64,000 nt of DNA, from positions 3,576 to 67,575 of the forward strand of contig CAZATP010000013.1 of assembly GCA_964488095.1 (NCBI GenBank), read 5' to 3'. The notes under the pieces were generated by a model, which had not been told where the DNA came from, searched no databases, and saw only the letters and a list, made by a program, of their open reading frames with translations. The translations under genes and the position numbers were made by a program. This document shows, one piece after another, positions 19,392 to 28,603 of this stretch (the first letter of the stretch is position 1; each line of letters begins with the position of its first letter). Source of the DNA: an uncultured Chryseobacterium sp. (GTDB lineage Bacteria; Bacteroidota; Bacteroidia; UBA10329).

Positions 19392-22300
19392 ATGTCAGAA
19401 GAACAGAATAAACCGAGCAGTTCGGGTGTGGTGAAGGAGTTCGGAATCACCTCGTTCGCTGTGAAGAACGCCACCAGTGTCATCATCGTCACGCTGATTA
19501 TCCTTTTCGGGGGCATGTTGGCCTACAACACGATGCCCAAGGAGCTTTTCCCGGAGATCGTGCTGCCGCAGATATATGTGCGCACTGTTTATCCGGGAAA
19601 CTCACCGGTGGACATCGAGAACCTGATCACCCGTCCCATTGAGAAGGAGATTAAGCCCCTGAAGGGCCTCAGCAAATTCACGTCCACCTCGGTGCAGGAC
19701 AACAGTATCATCATGGTGGAGTTCAACACGAATGTGCCGGTGAAGCAGGCGCTTCAGGATGTGAAGGACGCGGTGGACCGTTCGAAAAGTCAATTACCGA
19801 GCGATCTGGACATCGAGCCCATCGTGATGGACGTGAACCTGAGCGAGATGCCCATCATGAACATCAATCTCTCGGGCGATTACAGCGTGGACGACCTCAA
19901 GAGCTATGCCGACAAGCTGAAGGACCGCCTGGAGCTCATCCCCGAGATATCGAAGGCCGATGTGCGCGGTGCGTTGGAACGGGAGATCAACATTGTGGTG
20001 GACCTCCATAAGATGGAGCGTGTGCAGGTGAGCTTTGATGATATTGAGCAGGCCATCGCCTATGAGAACATGAACATCAGCGGTGGCAGTCTGCTCACGG
20101 ACGGCAAGCGCAGGGCCATCAGGGTGGAGGGCGAGTTCCGTACCCCGCAGGAGATTAGCAACACGATCGTGAAGGCCGAGTTCGGCAACATCATCTACCT
20201 GAGAGACATTGCCGAAGTGGTGGACGGATATGCCGAGCGCAACAGCTATGCCCGTCTGGAGGGCAAGACGGTGGTGTCGGTCGATGTGGTGAAGAAATCG
20301 GGCGAGAACCTGCTCGCGGCCACGGACCAGATCATGCGCACCTTGGATGAGGCCAAGGAGGAGGTGTTCCCAAGCGACCTGAAAGTGACCATCACCAACG
20401 ATCAGAGCGATCAGGTGAAAGGACAGCTGCTCAATCTGGAGAACAGCATCTACTCTGGAGTGATCCTGGTGGTGGCGGTGCTCTATTTCTTCCTCGGGCT
20501 GCGCAACGCACTCTTTGTGGGCATCGCCATCCCGTTGTCCATGCTCATGAGCTTCATGATCTTGGCAGCGATGGGGGTCACCATCAACATGATCGTCCTG
20601 TTCGGCCTCATCCTGGCATTGGGCATGCTGGTGGATAATGGTATCGTGGTGGTGGAGAACGTGTACCGTCAGTTGCAGGAGGGCAAGTCGGTGATCCAGG
20701 CCACCAAAGAAGGCGTGGGCGAGATCGCCATCCCTATCATCACCAGCACACTGACCACCTTGGCCGCCTTTGCCCCGCTGCTCTTCTGGGAGGGTGTCAT
20801 GGGCGAATTCATGGGCTATCTGCCACTGACGCTCATCGCAGTGCTCGGCAGTTCGCTCTTCGTGGCGCTCATCATCAACCCTGTGGTGGCCATCTTCTTC
20901 ATGCAGGATGAGAAGACCGAGGTGAAGCCCACGCAAAAGCGGCTCTGGATCTGGACAGGGTTGTACGCCCTTCTGGGGGTGCTGTTCTTCTTCGGGGGCT
21001 TCAGCAGCGTGGCGATGCTCTCGTTCACCATGGCGGTGCTCATCCCACTGCACCATTATGCGCTCACTCCGGTGGCCGATTGGTTCCAGAACAGCGCCTT
21101 GGTGAAACTGGAGAACGTTTATCTCAGACTGCTTCAGGGTTCGTTGGTCAAATGGAGGCCCTATGCCCTGTTCCTCGGTTCCATTTTCCTGCTGGTGTTC
21201 TCCATTGTGATGGTGGGCATCGTTTCGCCACCGGTCGAGTTCTTTCCCGAGAACGACCCGAAATACATCAACGTGTTCATCGAGATGGAGCAGGGCACCG
21301 ACCTTGAGGCCACCAACGAACTGGTGCTCGATATTGAAGAGGAGGTCAACACCATTCTTCAGCCCTACCGTGTGGCCGTCAATTCGGTGGTCACCAACAT
21401 TGGAGAGGGCAGCAGCGACCCTATGGATGGGGCGCAGGCGGGCGAAACGCCCAACAAGGCCAAGATCACCATCTCGTTCGTGGAGTTCGAGTTCAGGGAA
21501 GGCATCAGCTCCAGCGAGGTGATGCGCAGGCTGAGCGAGGACATCACCAGGCGCGCAGGCGTTTCCGTCAATGTGCAGAAGAACAACGAGGGTCCCCCGG
21601 TGGGCAAGCCCATCAACATCGAGGTGAGTGGCGATGATTTCGACAAGCTCGTGGTGCTCTCAGAGCAGATCAAGAGCGATGTGGAAGAGGCCGACATACC
21701 CGGCATAGAGGGGCTGCGCCTTGACCTGGAGACCGGCAAGCCCGAACTGGTGGTGCAGGTGGACCGTGCCCGTGCCCGTGCGTTCGGCATCAGCACCGGG
21801 CAGATCGGAGGCGCATTGCGCACCGCCCTCTTCGGTAAGGAGGTGAGCAAGTTCAAGGAGGGTGAGGACGAGTATCCCATCATCATCAAGCTGCAGGACG
21901 ATTTCCGCTATGAGCTCACCACGCTGCTCAATCAGAAGGTCACCTTCCGCGATATGACCACCGGCCGCATCAAGCAGGTGCCCATTTCGGCCGTTGCCGA
22001 TGTGAGCTATACCTCGGGCCTCGGATCGGTGAAGAGGCGCGACCAGAACCGAACCATCACCGTGTGGTCCAACGTGATCGAGGGCTACAATGCCAACGAA
22101 ATCAATGCTCAGATCAAGGCCAGGTTCGCGGGCTATGCCGTGCCAGAGGGCTTCACCGTGCGTTTCACAGGTGAGAGCGAGGAGCAGGACAAGGCGGCCG
22201 CCTTCCTGGGCAAGGCCTTCCTCATTGCCGTAGCGCTCATCCTGCTCATCCTGGTGGCCCAGTTCGACTCGGTCATCAAGCCGCTCATCATCATCGGATC

Positions 22301-22832
22301 GGTCATCTTCAGCACCATCGGGGTCTTCATCGGCATCGCCACCTTCAACATGACCATCTCGGTGATGATGACCGGCATCGGCATCGTGTCGCTGGCAGGC
22401 ATCGTGGTCAACAACGCCATCGTGCTCATCGACTACATCGACCTGACCCGCGCCCGCAGACGCGAGGAGCTCGGCCTTGCCGAGGGCATGATCCTCCCGA
22501 TGTCCGAGACACTGGGCTGCATTGTGGAGGCCGGCCGAACCCGCCTGCGCCCTGTGCTGCTAACGGCCATCACCACCGTGCTCGGCCTCATCCCCTTGGC
22601 TACGGGCATGAACATCAACTTCTATACCCTTGCCAGCGAACTCGATCCCAACATCTACTTCGGGGGCGACAACGTGGCCTTCTGGGGGCCGATGGCATGG
22701 ACCGTGATCTTCGGTCTAAGTTTCGCCACCTTCCTCACTCTGGTCATCGTTCCGGTGATGTATCTGCTGGTAGAGCAGTTCAGGCTGTTGTTCATCAACA
22801 AGGAGCGTATCGCTTCTGTGGATGGACGTTGA
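19392..22832 (+). CDS. efflux RND transporter permease subunit (AcrB/HAE1 family)
   Basis: 1146 aa with 12 TM segments and two large periplasmic loops, completing the TetR-TolC-MFP-RND operon. Confidence 0.9.
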   Translation: MSEEQNKPSSSGVVKEFGITSFAVKNATSVIIVTLIILFGGMLAYNTMPKELFPEIVLPQIYVRTVYPGNSPVDIENLITRPIEKEIKPLKGLSKFTSTSVQDNSIIMVEFNTNVPVKQALQDVKDAVDRSKSQLPSDLDIEPIVMDVNLSEMPIMNINLSGDYSVDDLKSYADKLKDRLELIPEISKADVRGALEREINIVVDLHKMERVQVSFDDIEQAIAYENMNISGGSLLTDGKRRAIRVEGEFRTPQEISNTIVKAEFGNIIYLRDIAEVVDGYAERNSYARLEGKTVVSVDVVKKSGENLLAATDQIMRTLDEAKEEVFPSDLKVTITNDQSDQVKGQLLNLENSIYSGVILVVAVLYFFLGLRNALFVGIAIPLSMLMSFMILAAMGVTINMIVLFGLILALGMLVDNGIVVVENVYRQLQEGKSVIQATKEGVGEIAIPIITSTLTTLAAFAPLLFWEGVMGEFMGYLPLTLIAVLGSSLFVALIINPVVAIFFMQDEKTEVKPTQKRLWIWTGLYALLGVLFFFGGFSSVAMLSFTMAVLIPLHHYALTPVADWFQNSALVKLENVYLRLLQGSLVKWRPYALFLGSIFLLVFSIVMVGIVSPPVEFFPENDPKYINVFIEMEQGTDLEATNELVLDIEEEVNTILQPYRVAVNSVVTNIGEGSSDPMDGAQAGETPNKAKITISFVEFEFREGISSSEVMRRLSEDITRRAGVSVNVQKNNEGPPVGKPINIEVSGDDFDKLVVLSEQIKSDVEEADIPGIEGLRLDLETGKPELVVQVDRARARAFGISTGQIGGALRTALFGKEVSKFKEGEDEYPIIIKLQDDFRYELTTLLNQKVTFRDMTTGRIKQVPISAVADVSYTSGLGSVKRRDQNRTITVWSNVIEGYNANEINAQIKARFAGYAVPEGFTVRFTGESEEQDKAAAFLGKAFLIAVALILLILVAQFDSVIKPLIIIGSVIFSTIGVFIGIATFNMTISVMMTGIGIVSLAGIVVNNAIVLIDYIDLTRARRREELGLAEGMILPMSETLGCIVEAGRTRLRPVLLTAITTVLGLIPLATGMNINFYTLASELDPNIYFGGDNVAFWGPMAWTVIFGLSFATFLTLVIVPVMYLLVEQFRLLFINKERIASVDGR

Positions 22833-22920
22833 TCGGACGCATTGAACTTGCGGTTGAGGGCCTTCAGCTCCGGACACCACTGCCACGTTCAGGCACCACT
22901 GCCATCCGAGCACGTTACAT

Positions 22921-23499
22921 TTGCCCTGTATGAAGATGATCAACGGAATGAGCGCAAGGACGAGATGGGCCATTGGGGTGCTGCTTTTCATGGCCTATGG
23001 CTACATGGCCGCAGTCGTTATGAGCGGCCTGATGGCCGATCTGCAGGCCGCTGCCCCTGATGCCGCCTGTGCCAAGCCCCTCGACCTGCACATCTTCGGT
23101 TTCACCATGGTCGAGGCCGACCGCGCACTGCAATGCATGGGCGATGCCGGGCGGGCGGTCTATCGTGCGGGCGAGCAGCGGCAGGATGTGGCCTATCCCA
23201 TCGTTTATGGCCTGTTCCTGCTGTTCACCATCTGGGCCCTGTCGGGCATCATCACCAGGGCGGGGCTCCGTTCCGTACTGATGCTGCTGCCTGTGCTCAC
23301 TGTGCTGCTAGACTTCTGGGAGAATGCCCTTATCGTGGAGCTCATAGACCAGTTTCCCCAGCTGATGGGGCCTACCGTGGCCCGCTGCTCCATGGCCAAC
23401 AGTCTGAAGTGGGGCTTTGCCTTCGCCTCCATGATTAGTGTGCTGATGCTCGCAGGGGCCCATGCTCATCGCCAGTGGAAGTCACGCACCATTAGTTGA
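22921..23499 (+). CDS. hypothetical membrane protein
   Basis: 192-aa ORF with 4-5 hydrophobic helices. No motif recognised. Start uncertain (several in-frame Met within the first 10 codons). Confidence 0.4.
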   Translation: MPCMKMINGMSARTRWAIGVLLFMAYGYMAAVVMSGLMADLQAAAPDAACAKPLDLHIFGFTMVEADRALQCMGDAGRAVYRAGEQRQDVAYPIVYGLFLLFTIWALSGIITRAGLRSVLMLLPVLTVLLDFWENALIVELIDQFPQLMGPTVARCSMANSLKWGFAFASMISVLMLAGAHAHRQWKSRTIS

Positions 23500-23532
23500 G
23501 CATTCCCCCAACCGATAGACCCGAACCTGTTC

Positions 23533-23862
23533 ATGACCGCCTACGAACTCATCCACGCCCTGCCACAGCGTCTCCATGCTGATAAGGCCCTTAAAGGGGG
23601 CCACGAGGCACGTGTGCATTTCATCTTCACGGGCGATGGCGCCTGTGAGCTCACCGCAGTGCTCGGCAATGGGGTATGCACCGTGACCGATGGACTGGAG
23701 GGCAGCCCCGACTGCGTGGTCAAGGCCAAGGCCAAGGACTGGGCCGACCTCGAGTTTGGCCGCATCGATGCCAAGATGGCCCTGCTGTTCGGCAAGATCA
23801 AAGTGTCCAGACCTGCCAGGATGATGACCTTCATCGGCCTGTTCAAGGGCGCGCGCGAGTGA
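23533..23862 (+). CDS. SCP2 sterol-binding domain protein
   Basis: 109 aa, with …VTDGLEGSPDCVVKAKAKDWADLEFGRIDAKMALLFGKIKV…, the SCP2 C-terminal signature. Confidence 0.6.
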   Translation: MTAYELIHALPQRLHADKALKGGHEARVHFIFTGDGACELTAVLGNGVCTVTDGLEGSPDCVVKAKAKDWADLEFGRIDAKMALLFGKIKVSRPARMMTFIGLFKGARE

Positions 23863-23925
23863 TTGGGCCATCCTACCGCTCAGGCAGGTTTGTCGCTAAT
23901 TTGGCATCCCTCAGATCGATCATTC

Positions 23926-24162
23926 ATGTGGACGGAAAAGAACGGACAGCTGGTGGGCACCTTCGAGTTTGATGACTTCAATTCTGCCTTCGGTTTCATG
24001 ACCCGCGTGGCCCTGGTGGCCGAGCAGCGAAACCACCACCCCGACTGGACCAACCGCTACAACCGCGTGGAGATACGTCTCTGCACCCACGATGCGGGCA
24101 ACATCATCACCAACCGCGACCGCGAGATGGCCTCCATCATAGAGAGCATATACCACGCATGA
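23926..24162 (+). CDS. pterin-4a-carbinolamine dehydratase (PCD/DCoH)
   Basis: Internal start MWTEKNGQLVGTFEFDDFNSAFGFMTRVALVAEQRNHHPDWTNRYNRVEIRLCTHDAGNIIT has the conserved E…HHP…W core of PCD. Confidence 0.7.
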   Translation: MWTEKNGQLVGTFEFDDFNSAFGFMTRVALVAEQRNHHPDWTNRYNRVEIRLCTHDAGNIITNRDREMASIIESIYHA

Positions 24163-24581
24163 ACTTCGAATCCCTCTTCACCCTTGCCAATGCCGCGGTC
24201 ATGCCTGCATGGCTGCTGCTAGTGTTCAGTCCCGATGGCCAATGGACCCGAAGGGTGGCTCATTCATTCCTGTATCCTTACCTTCTGGGCGTTTGCTACC
24301 TGGTGCTCATCGTCACCACCTGGGGCGGTGATGGCGGCATGGGGTCGTTGGCCGAGGTGAGGCAGGGGTTTTCGCGCGATGGGGTGCTGCTGCTCGGTTG
24401 GGTGCACTATCTGGTGTTCGACCTTTTCATCGGTGCTTGGACCGTGCGCGATGCCCAGCGGCATGGCATTGTGCATTTCGCCATCATCCCCTCGCTCGTG
24501 CTCACCTTGATGCTCGGCCCCATCGGTCTCATGACCTATGGTGCTGTGCGATGGATGCACCTGCGCTCGTGGCGCCTGTGA
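24159..24581 (+). CDS. small integral membrane protein (DUF4281/ABA4-like)
   Basis: 140 aa, four TM helices. Overlaps the PCD stop. Confidence 0.5.
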   Translation: MNFESLFTLANAAVMPAWLLLVFSPDGQWTRRVAHSFLYPYLLGVCYLVLIVTTWGGDGGMGSLAEVRQGFSRDGVLLLGWVHYLVFDLFIGAWTVRDAQRHGIVHFAIIPSLVLTLMLGPIGLMTYGAVRWMHLRSWRL

Positions 24582-24633
24582 GGGCCTCCACTGCGATGCC
24601 TATTTTCGCACCTCCTTTGAAAAATCCGCAGGC

Positions 24634-26133
24634 ATGAGAAAGATACTGGTCGCCAACAGGGGCGAGATCGCATTGCGCATCATGCGCTCGGCCAAGGAGA
24701 TGGGCATTGCCACTGTGGCAGTTTACAGCGAGGCCGACCGCAATGCCCTGCATGTGCGCTATGCCGATGAGGCCGTGTGCATCGGTCCCGCGCCCTCGTC
24801 CCAGAGCTATCTCGTAGGGGCCAGGATCATCGAGGTGTGCAAGCAACTGGGGGTGGACGGCATTCACCCCGGCTATGGTTTCCTCTCCGAGAATGCGGCC
24901 TTTGCCGATGCCGTGGAGCAGGCCGGCATCACGTTCATCGGCCCATCGGCCAAGTCGATGGACATCATGGGCGATAAGCTTTCTGCCAAGGCCGCGGTGC
25001 GCCAGTACGGCATTCCCATGGTACCTGGCACCGAAGGGGCAGTGAGCGATGTGCAGGAGGCCATTGCCGTGGCCCGTCAGATCGGGTTCCCCATCCTCAT
25101 AAAGGCATCGGCAGGTGGTGGGGGCAAGGGCATGCGGGTGGTAGAGCGCGAGGAGGACGTTGCCGAGCAGATGGGCATGGCCATCAGCGAGGCCACATCG
25201 GCCTTCGGCAATGGGGCCGTTTTCATAGAGCGGTACGTAGGCTCTCCCCGCCATATTGAGATACAGGTGCTGGCAGACAAGCATGGCAACGTGGTGCATC
25301 TGTTCGAGCGCGAGTGTTCCATACAGCGCAGGCACCAGAAGGTGGTGGAAGAGGCCCCCTCGTCCATCCTCACCCCCGAACTGCGCCACCGCATGGGCGA
25401 ATGTGCCAAGGACGTGTGCCGTGCCTGCGATTATGTAGGGGCCGGTACGGTCGAGTTCCTCGTGGATGAGCACCTCAACTTCTACTTTCTGGAGATGAAC
25501 ACCCGCCTGCAGGTGGAGCACCCGGTCACCGAGCTTATCACAGGGGTTGACCTTGTGAAGATGCAGATAAGGGTGGCAAGAGGGGAGAAGCTGCCCTTTG
25601 CACAGGAGGACCTCAAGATCACCGGACATGCCATCGAGTCGCGGGTCTATGCCGAGGACCCCACGAACAACTTCCTGCCCGACATCGGAACACTGGTGCG
25701 CTATCAGCGGCCTCAGGGCCCGGGTATCCGCGTGGATGACGGTTTTGAGGAAGGCATGGACGTGCCCATCTACTATGATCCTATGATCGCCAAGCTGGCC
25801 GTGTATGCCAACACCCGCGAAGAAGCCTGCGACCGCATGATCCGCGCCATTGACGAGTATCGCATCAGTGGGGTGCAGACCACTTTGCCGTTCTGCAAAT
25901 TCGTGATGGGTCACGAGGCCTTCCGCACGGGCAGGTTCGACACCAACTTCGTGAAGCTGCATTTCAGGCCCGAACTGCTTCAGAGCGAGAACAGCGATGA
26001 GATGGAAATGGCGGCCATAGCCGCGGCCATGCTCCGGCCCAAGAGTGTTGCTGCACCGGTGGCCATAGGTTCCAATGGCCACGCGGCCGGCCATGAGATC
26101 TCGTCATGGAAATTGAACCGAACAAGGAACTGA
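24634..26133 (+). CDS. accC: biotin carboxylase (AccC-type) with ~50-aa C-terminal extension
   Basis: MRKILVANRGEIALRIMRSAKEMGI…, an ATP-grasp, and EMNTRLQVEHPVTE are present. The internal start is chosen because the upstream 32 codons overlap the previous gene and are Cys-rich junk. Confidence 0.85.
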   Translation: MRKILVANRGEIALRIMRSAKEMGIATVAVYSEADRNALHVRYADEAVCIGPAPSSQSYLVGARIIEVCKQLGVDGIHPGYGFLSENAAFADAVEQAGITFIGPSAKSMDIMGDKLSAKAAVRQYGIPMVPGTEGAVSDVQEAIAVARQIGFPILIKASAGGGGKGMRVVEREEDVAEQMGMAISEATSAFGNGAVFIERYVGSPRHIEIQVLADKHGNVVHLFERECSIQRRHQKVVEEAPSSILTPELRHRMGECAKDVCRACDYVGAGTVEFLVDEHLNFYFLEMNTRLQVEHPVTELITGVDLVKMQIRVARGEKLPFAQEDLKITGHAIESRVYAEDPTNNFLPDIGTLVRYQRPQGPGIRVDDGFEEGMDVPIYYDPMIAKLAVYANTREEACDRMIRAIDEYRISGVQTTLPFCKFVMGHEAFRTGRFDTNFVKLHFRPELLQSENSDEMEMAAIAAAMLRPKSVAAPVAIGSNGHAAGHEISSWKLNRTRN

Positions 26134-26195
26134 GTGCGCTCTGCAAGGCAGGCCCCCACCGTCCGATTGGCGCGGTAATTGACTGGAGGGGCACC

Positions 26196-26873
26196 ATGCT
26201 GCGTTCTGCATTCCACCTGACCTTCCTGCTGCTGCCCTCCCTGCTCGCTGCGCAGGAACAGGCAGGGGACGACAACATCATCGGCAAGAAGAAGCTCAAG
26301 GCCATTCTTGACACCCCGGCCGACTCGGTGCAGACCATCAGCCAGGGCCATGTGCTCATTCAGGGCAAGCTCTATGAGGCGCTCATCATCAATGGCGACA
26401 CCATTCCGCTGGTCTCGTTGCCGCCTGTGAATGCGGTGGCAAAACGCACTTTTCCCAGCAAGAAGGCGCAGCGGAAATACGAGAAGCTGGTGGTGCACGT
26501 GAAAAAGGTGCTGCCCTATGCCAAGCTGGCCGGCAAGCGGATGAAAGAGGTGGAGGCGGAGCTCGCCACCCTGAGCCCCAAAGACCGCAAAAAGCGCCTC
26601 AAGGAACTGGAGAAGGAGATCAAACGCGATTATGAGGGCGAGCTCAAAAGGCTCACCTTCACACAGGGACGCATCCTCATCAAACTGCTGGACCGCGAGA
26701 CCGGGCAGGTGAGCTACGATATCGTCAAGGAGTTCCGAGGCGGATTCACCGCGTGGTTCTTTCAGGGCATCGCCAAGATGTTCAACTATGACCTCAAGGA
26801 GGACTATGATCCCGAGAAGGACGACCGCCTCATAGAGAGCATCGTGCAGAAGATCGAGGCCGGGGAATTGTAG
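26196..26873 (+). CDS. secreted hypothetical protein (DUF4294-like)
   Basis: Signal peptide MLRSAFHLTFLLLPSLLAAQ, then a Lys-rich helical region. Confidence 0.5.
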   Translation: MLRSAFHLTFLLLPSLLAAQEQAGDDNIIGKKKLKAILDTPADSVQTISQGHVLIQGKLYEALIINGDTIPLVSLPPVNAVAKRTFPSKKAQRKYEKLVVHVKKVLPYAKLAGKRMKEVEAELATLSPKDRKKRLKELEKEIKRDYEGELKRLTFTQGRILIKLLDRETGQVSYDIVKEFRGGFTAWFFQGIAKMFNYDLKEDYDPEKDDRLIESIVQKIEAGEL

Positions 26874-27049
26874 GGAGGCGCTCAGGGTTACAGCAATTCA
26901 GCTCTTCAGGTGCTAAAGCCTGTCCCCTCAGATCGGGTGGACGCAGTCAGATGCACTTTTCAGAGCATTTGGAAGACCTGATGACCTGACCGCCTGACAA
27001 CCGGGTGTGCCAACCTTAATTTTCCGATGTTTGTCCAAAGCCGATTCCC

Positions 27050-28603
27050 ATGTCGAAAGGTGATGAACTGCATCGGTTGATCCACTCGCTGGAACTCAAC
27101 GAGAAACGTTATTTCAAGCTGCAGTCATCGCTGCAGAAGAAGAACAGCAACCTGACCCAGCTTTTCGATTTCCTCTGTACGGTCGAGGCGTATGACGAGG
27201 AGGCGGTGCGCTCCCAGTTCGCGGGAGAGAAGTTCCTCGACCAGCTGGCCGTCACGCAGAACCATCTCTATGAGTTCATCCTCAAGTCGATGCGGTCGTA
27301 CCACCTCAAGCGGTCCACTGAGTTCAAGCTGCAGGGCATGATGCAGGATACGCAGTTCCTGTTCGAGAAGGGACTCAAGGCCCAGGCAGAGACCGTGCTG
27401 CGCAGGCTGCGCAAGGTGGCCGAGAAGCACGACAACTTCCTTATCCTGCTGCAGGTGGTGGAGTATGAGACCAAGCTCATTGCCGAAGGTTTCTTCGTGG
27501 GCAAGGACGAATCTGACCTGGACGCACTCTCAGAGCAATACTATGAGCTGCTCGGGCTGTTGCAGAACGAGCGTGAGTATATGGACCTCCAGTTCAAGGT
27601 GTTCAACAACTACTACAAGATCGGTGTGGAGCGGAAGAACGAGGGCTATAAGACCAACGACCAGATCATCAACCAGTTCGCACTGCGGCACTACGACAAG
27701 GCGCTCACCTACCGGTCGAGGCTGGCCTTTCTCAACATCCACGCGCAGTATCAGAAAATCAACGGCAATTGGGAGGAGGCCTACCGCTATCGCAAGCAGC
27801 TGCTGGAGCTGGTGGGCGAACACTTTGGCACCTCGTTCGAGTCGGACACCACCAAGCGCTATTTCGTGGCCATCAACAATCTGGTGCCCATCTGCATGAA
27901 GTTGGGCAAGTATGACGAGGTGGCCAAGTTGCTCAATGAACTCGACACCATTGAGGAGCGCTCGCTGGCCACGCACTATTCCGTGGAGCTGGGACAGCGC
28001 ATCCGCATGCAGGGCATGATAGGCCGCCTGGCCCTTTACACCCGCCTCGGCATGCAACAGGAGGGTCTTGCCATGGCCGCAGACATCGTGGCCCGCAAGG
28101 ACGAGGTGGAGCATTATCCGCGCAGGTATGTGGTGATGCACCTCTATTTCAACCTGGCCTATTTCCTCTTCAGCGTGGGCAAATTCTCGGACGCCCTGCG
28201 CTATTGCAACAAGATCCTGAACGACAACGACATCCGCGACATCGAGGACCTCCACGCCTCCACGCGTCTGCTGGCCATGATGCTGCAGTATGAGCTGGGC
28301 CGCAGCGAACTGTTGGAATACCTCGTGCGCTCGGCACGCAGATATCTGGTGAAGCTGGAGGGGCTCTATCCGTTCGAATCCATCCTGCTGGCGTTCCTGC
28401 GCAGGTCGTCATCGCTCACCGCGGCCGAGACCAAACGCGAACTCACCAACCTGCGCAAGGAACTCGTGGCCGTGGGCTACGAGCCGGGCGACCGCAATGC
28501 CCTCTCCACGCTCGACCTGCTCTCGTGGGTCGATTCCAAGATCGAGGGCCGCCCCATGACCGATATTCTGAAAGCCAAGAATGAACTCAGACGAACCCCT
28601 TAG
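27050..28603 (+). CDS. hypothetical protein (alpha-helical; no recognised domain)
   Basis: 517-aa ORF with native G+C and codon periodicity. Its stop overlaps the hutH start by 23 nt. Confidence 0.5.
   Translation: MSKGDELHRLIHSLELNEKRYFKLQSSLQKKNSNLTQLFDFLCTVEAYDEEAVRSQFAGEKFLDQLAVTQNHLYEFILKSMRSYHLKRSTEFKLQGMMQDTQFLFEKGLKAQAETVLRRLRKVAEKHDNFLILLQVVEYETKLIAEGFFVGKDESDLDALSEQYYELLGLLQNEREYMDLQFKVFNNYYKIGVERKNEGYKTNDQIINQFALRHYDKALTYRSRLAFLNIHAQYQKINGNWEEAYRYRKQLLELVGEHFGTSFESDTTKRYFVAINNLVPICMKLGKYDEVAKLLNELDTIEERSLATHYSVELGQRIRMQGMIGRLALYTRLGMQQEGLAMAADIVARKDEVEHYPRRYVVMHLYFNLAYFLFSVGKFSDALRYCNKILNDNDIRDIEDLHASTRLLAMMLQYELGRSELLEYLVRSARRYLVKLEGLYPFESILLAFLRRSSSLTAAETKRELTNLRKELVAVGYEPGDRNALSTLDLLSWVDSKIEGRPMTDILKAKNELRRTP

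Noticed and set aside
19794-21056. 420-aa His/Asp/Glu-rich ORF on the minus strand
   Set aside because: Lies entirely antisense within the RND permease gene. Its composition is the mirror of the sense-strand codon bias, a typical GC-rich antisense artefact.
24529-26094. 521-aa minus-strand ORF
   Set aside because: Antisense to accC, which has unambiguous biotin-carboxylase motifs. No start or RBS context.
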